64,000 nt of DNA from Trichoplax adhaerens. Taxonomy: Eukaryota; Animalia; Placozoa. The translations under genes were made by a program, and so were the position numbers. Positions 63,011-64,000 of this stretch are shown in pieces (position 1 is the stretch's first letter; each line of letters starts with the position of its first letter). The stretch spans positions 1,399,693 to 1,463,692 of the forward strand of contig NW_002060953.1 of the NCBI RefSeq assembly GCF_000150275.1. Direction: 5' to 3'. The notes under the pieces are model-generated. The model saw nothing but the letters and a program-made list of their open reading frames with translations, had not been told where the DNA came from and did not search any database.

Positions 63011-64000
63011 ATGCAAGTTGTTGTTAAATCGCAATCAGGAAATTTACTGTTGCTCCAAGGTGAAGCCAACGATACTGTTCGTGATTTAAAGGAGAAGTTA
63101 TATTATCATGTACATAATCCGCCATCACAACAACGTCTAATCTATCGTGGTAAACAACTTGATGACGAAAAATTATTAACATCTTATTCTATTGCCAATA
63201 ATGCTTTAATTCGCTATTTACCAGTATCAAAGGAAGAAATTCGATTGAATTGCAACCTGTTTACGGGGCAGTTTCTATCGCTCAATGTTGAGTTAGATCA
63301 AAGCATTTGTCATGTTAAAGAACTGTTACATCAACAAACTAATATTCCTATGGAAAAACAACGATTACTATTAGCTAATAAGCAATTGAAAGATACGGAA
63401 ACATTACGTTGTTATGGAATGCAAGAAAATGATACTATCAACATGGTATTGAAATTACCTCGTCGTATACCTTTACATATTAAAATGAATCATGATAAAA
63501 CTATAACTATTGAAATCGAATCGAATAGTACTGTCGCTGACATTAAAGAAGTGGTGTTTATTAATAATAATATGCCGCCAAATAAACAACGTTTAACGTA
63601 TAACGGGAAAGTCATGCTGGATTCAACAACAGTCGATGACTATGGTCTTAAAAATTATGATACTATCTACATGATACACCGTCGGAAATCACGAAATCAA
63701 GCCGTTATTGTTCAAATGGAAAATGATCAGACTTTAAGTGTACCAGCTAAAGAAGATTCTACCATTCAAGAAATTAAACATTTAATTGAAGAACAAACAA
63801 ACATACCTTGGCGTCAACAACGATTATTACATGATGACGTTCTACTTAATAATTCCTCGACATTAGCTGATTGTCAACTGCAATTGCCTTGTCAATTGCA
63901 ATTATTTTCATCAGATATCTTGCAGATTTATATACGACTTTCAGTGGGTAAGCAATTGTCACTGGAAGTCTTAGAAATGGATAAAATTTATGATATTAAA
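63011..64000 (+). CDS. Divergent poly-ubiquitin-like protein, at least 5 tandem Ubl domains, 3'-truncated by the window end (330 codons visible, no stop)
   Basis: Units: 63011-63238 MQVVVKSQSG..PPSQQRLIYRGKQLDD..LPVSKEE; 63239-63466 ..IPMEKQRLLLANKQLKD..VLKLPRR; 63467-63697 ..KTITIEIE..MPPNKQRLTYNGK..RRKSRN; 63698-63919 ..IPWRQQRLL..FSSDI; 63920-64000+ LQIYIRLSVGKQLSLEV... The period of about 76 aa and the residue pattern are those of ubiquitin. Confidence 0.92.
   Translation, partial: MQVVVKSQSGNLLLLQGEANDTVRDLKEKLYYHVHNPPSQQRLIYRGKQLDDEKLLTSYSIANNALIRYLPVSKEEIRLNCNLFTGQFLSLNVELDQSICHVKELLHQQTNIPMEKQRLLLANKQLKDTETLRCYGMQENDTINMVLKLPRRIPLHIKMNHDKTITIEIESNSTVADIKEVVFINNNMPPNKQRLTYNGKVMLDSTTVDDYGLKNYDTIYMIHRRKSRNQAVIVQMENDQTLSVPAKEDSTIQEIKHLIEEQTNIPWRQQRLLHDDVLLNNSSTLADCQLQLPCQLQLFSSDILQIYIRLSVGKQLSLEVLEMDKIYDIK

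Overview
AT-rich eukaryotic (animal) genomic DNA with short GT-AG introns and one assembly gap (N run 38329-38475). The composition, compact introns and gene content suggest a placozoan (Trichoplax-like) genome, but that is an inference. Contents in order: (1) five co-oriented class A GPCRs with intronless CDSs (2.9-34.2 kb) that share an unusual, family-wide rewiring of the Na+ pocket and a cationic ligand pocket; (2) two degenerate tandem repeats (24.4 kb and 36.5 kb); (3) a gene of at least 9 exons, ZBBX-like, which appears to lack the B-box; (4) a 56-aa SMIM30-like microprotein on the minus strand, missing from the ORF track; (5) two paralogous 2-TM proteins with KCNMB/TipE-like topology, each preceded by palindromic (TACAG/CTGTA)n blocks, plus a possible broken third copy; (6) a 6-exon OATP/SLCO transporter on the minus strand; (7) an ORF running off the window end, also missing from the ORF track, made of at least 5 head-to-tail divergent ubiquitin-like domains with no Gly-Gly junctions. 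No tRNA, rRNA, CRISPR array or intact transposon was recognised. All family assignments come from recalled motifs, not database searches.
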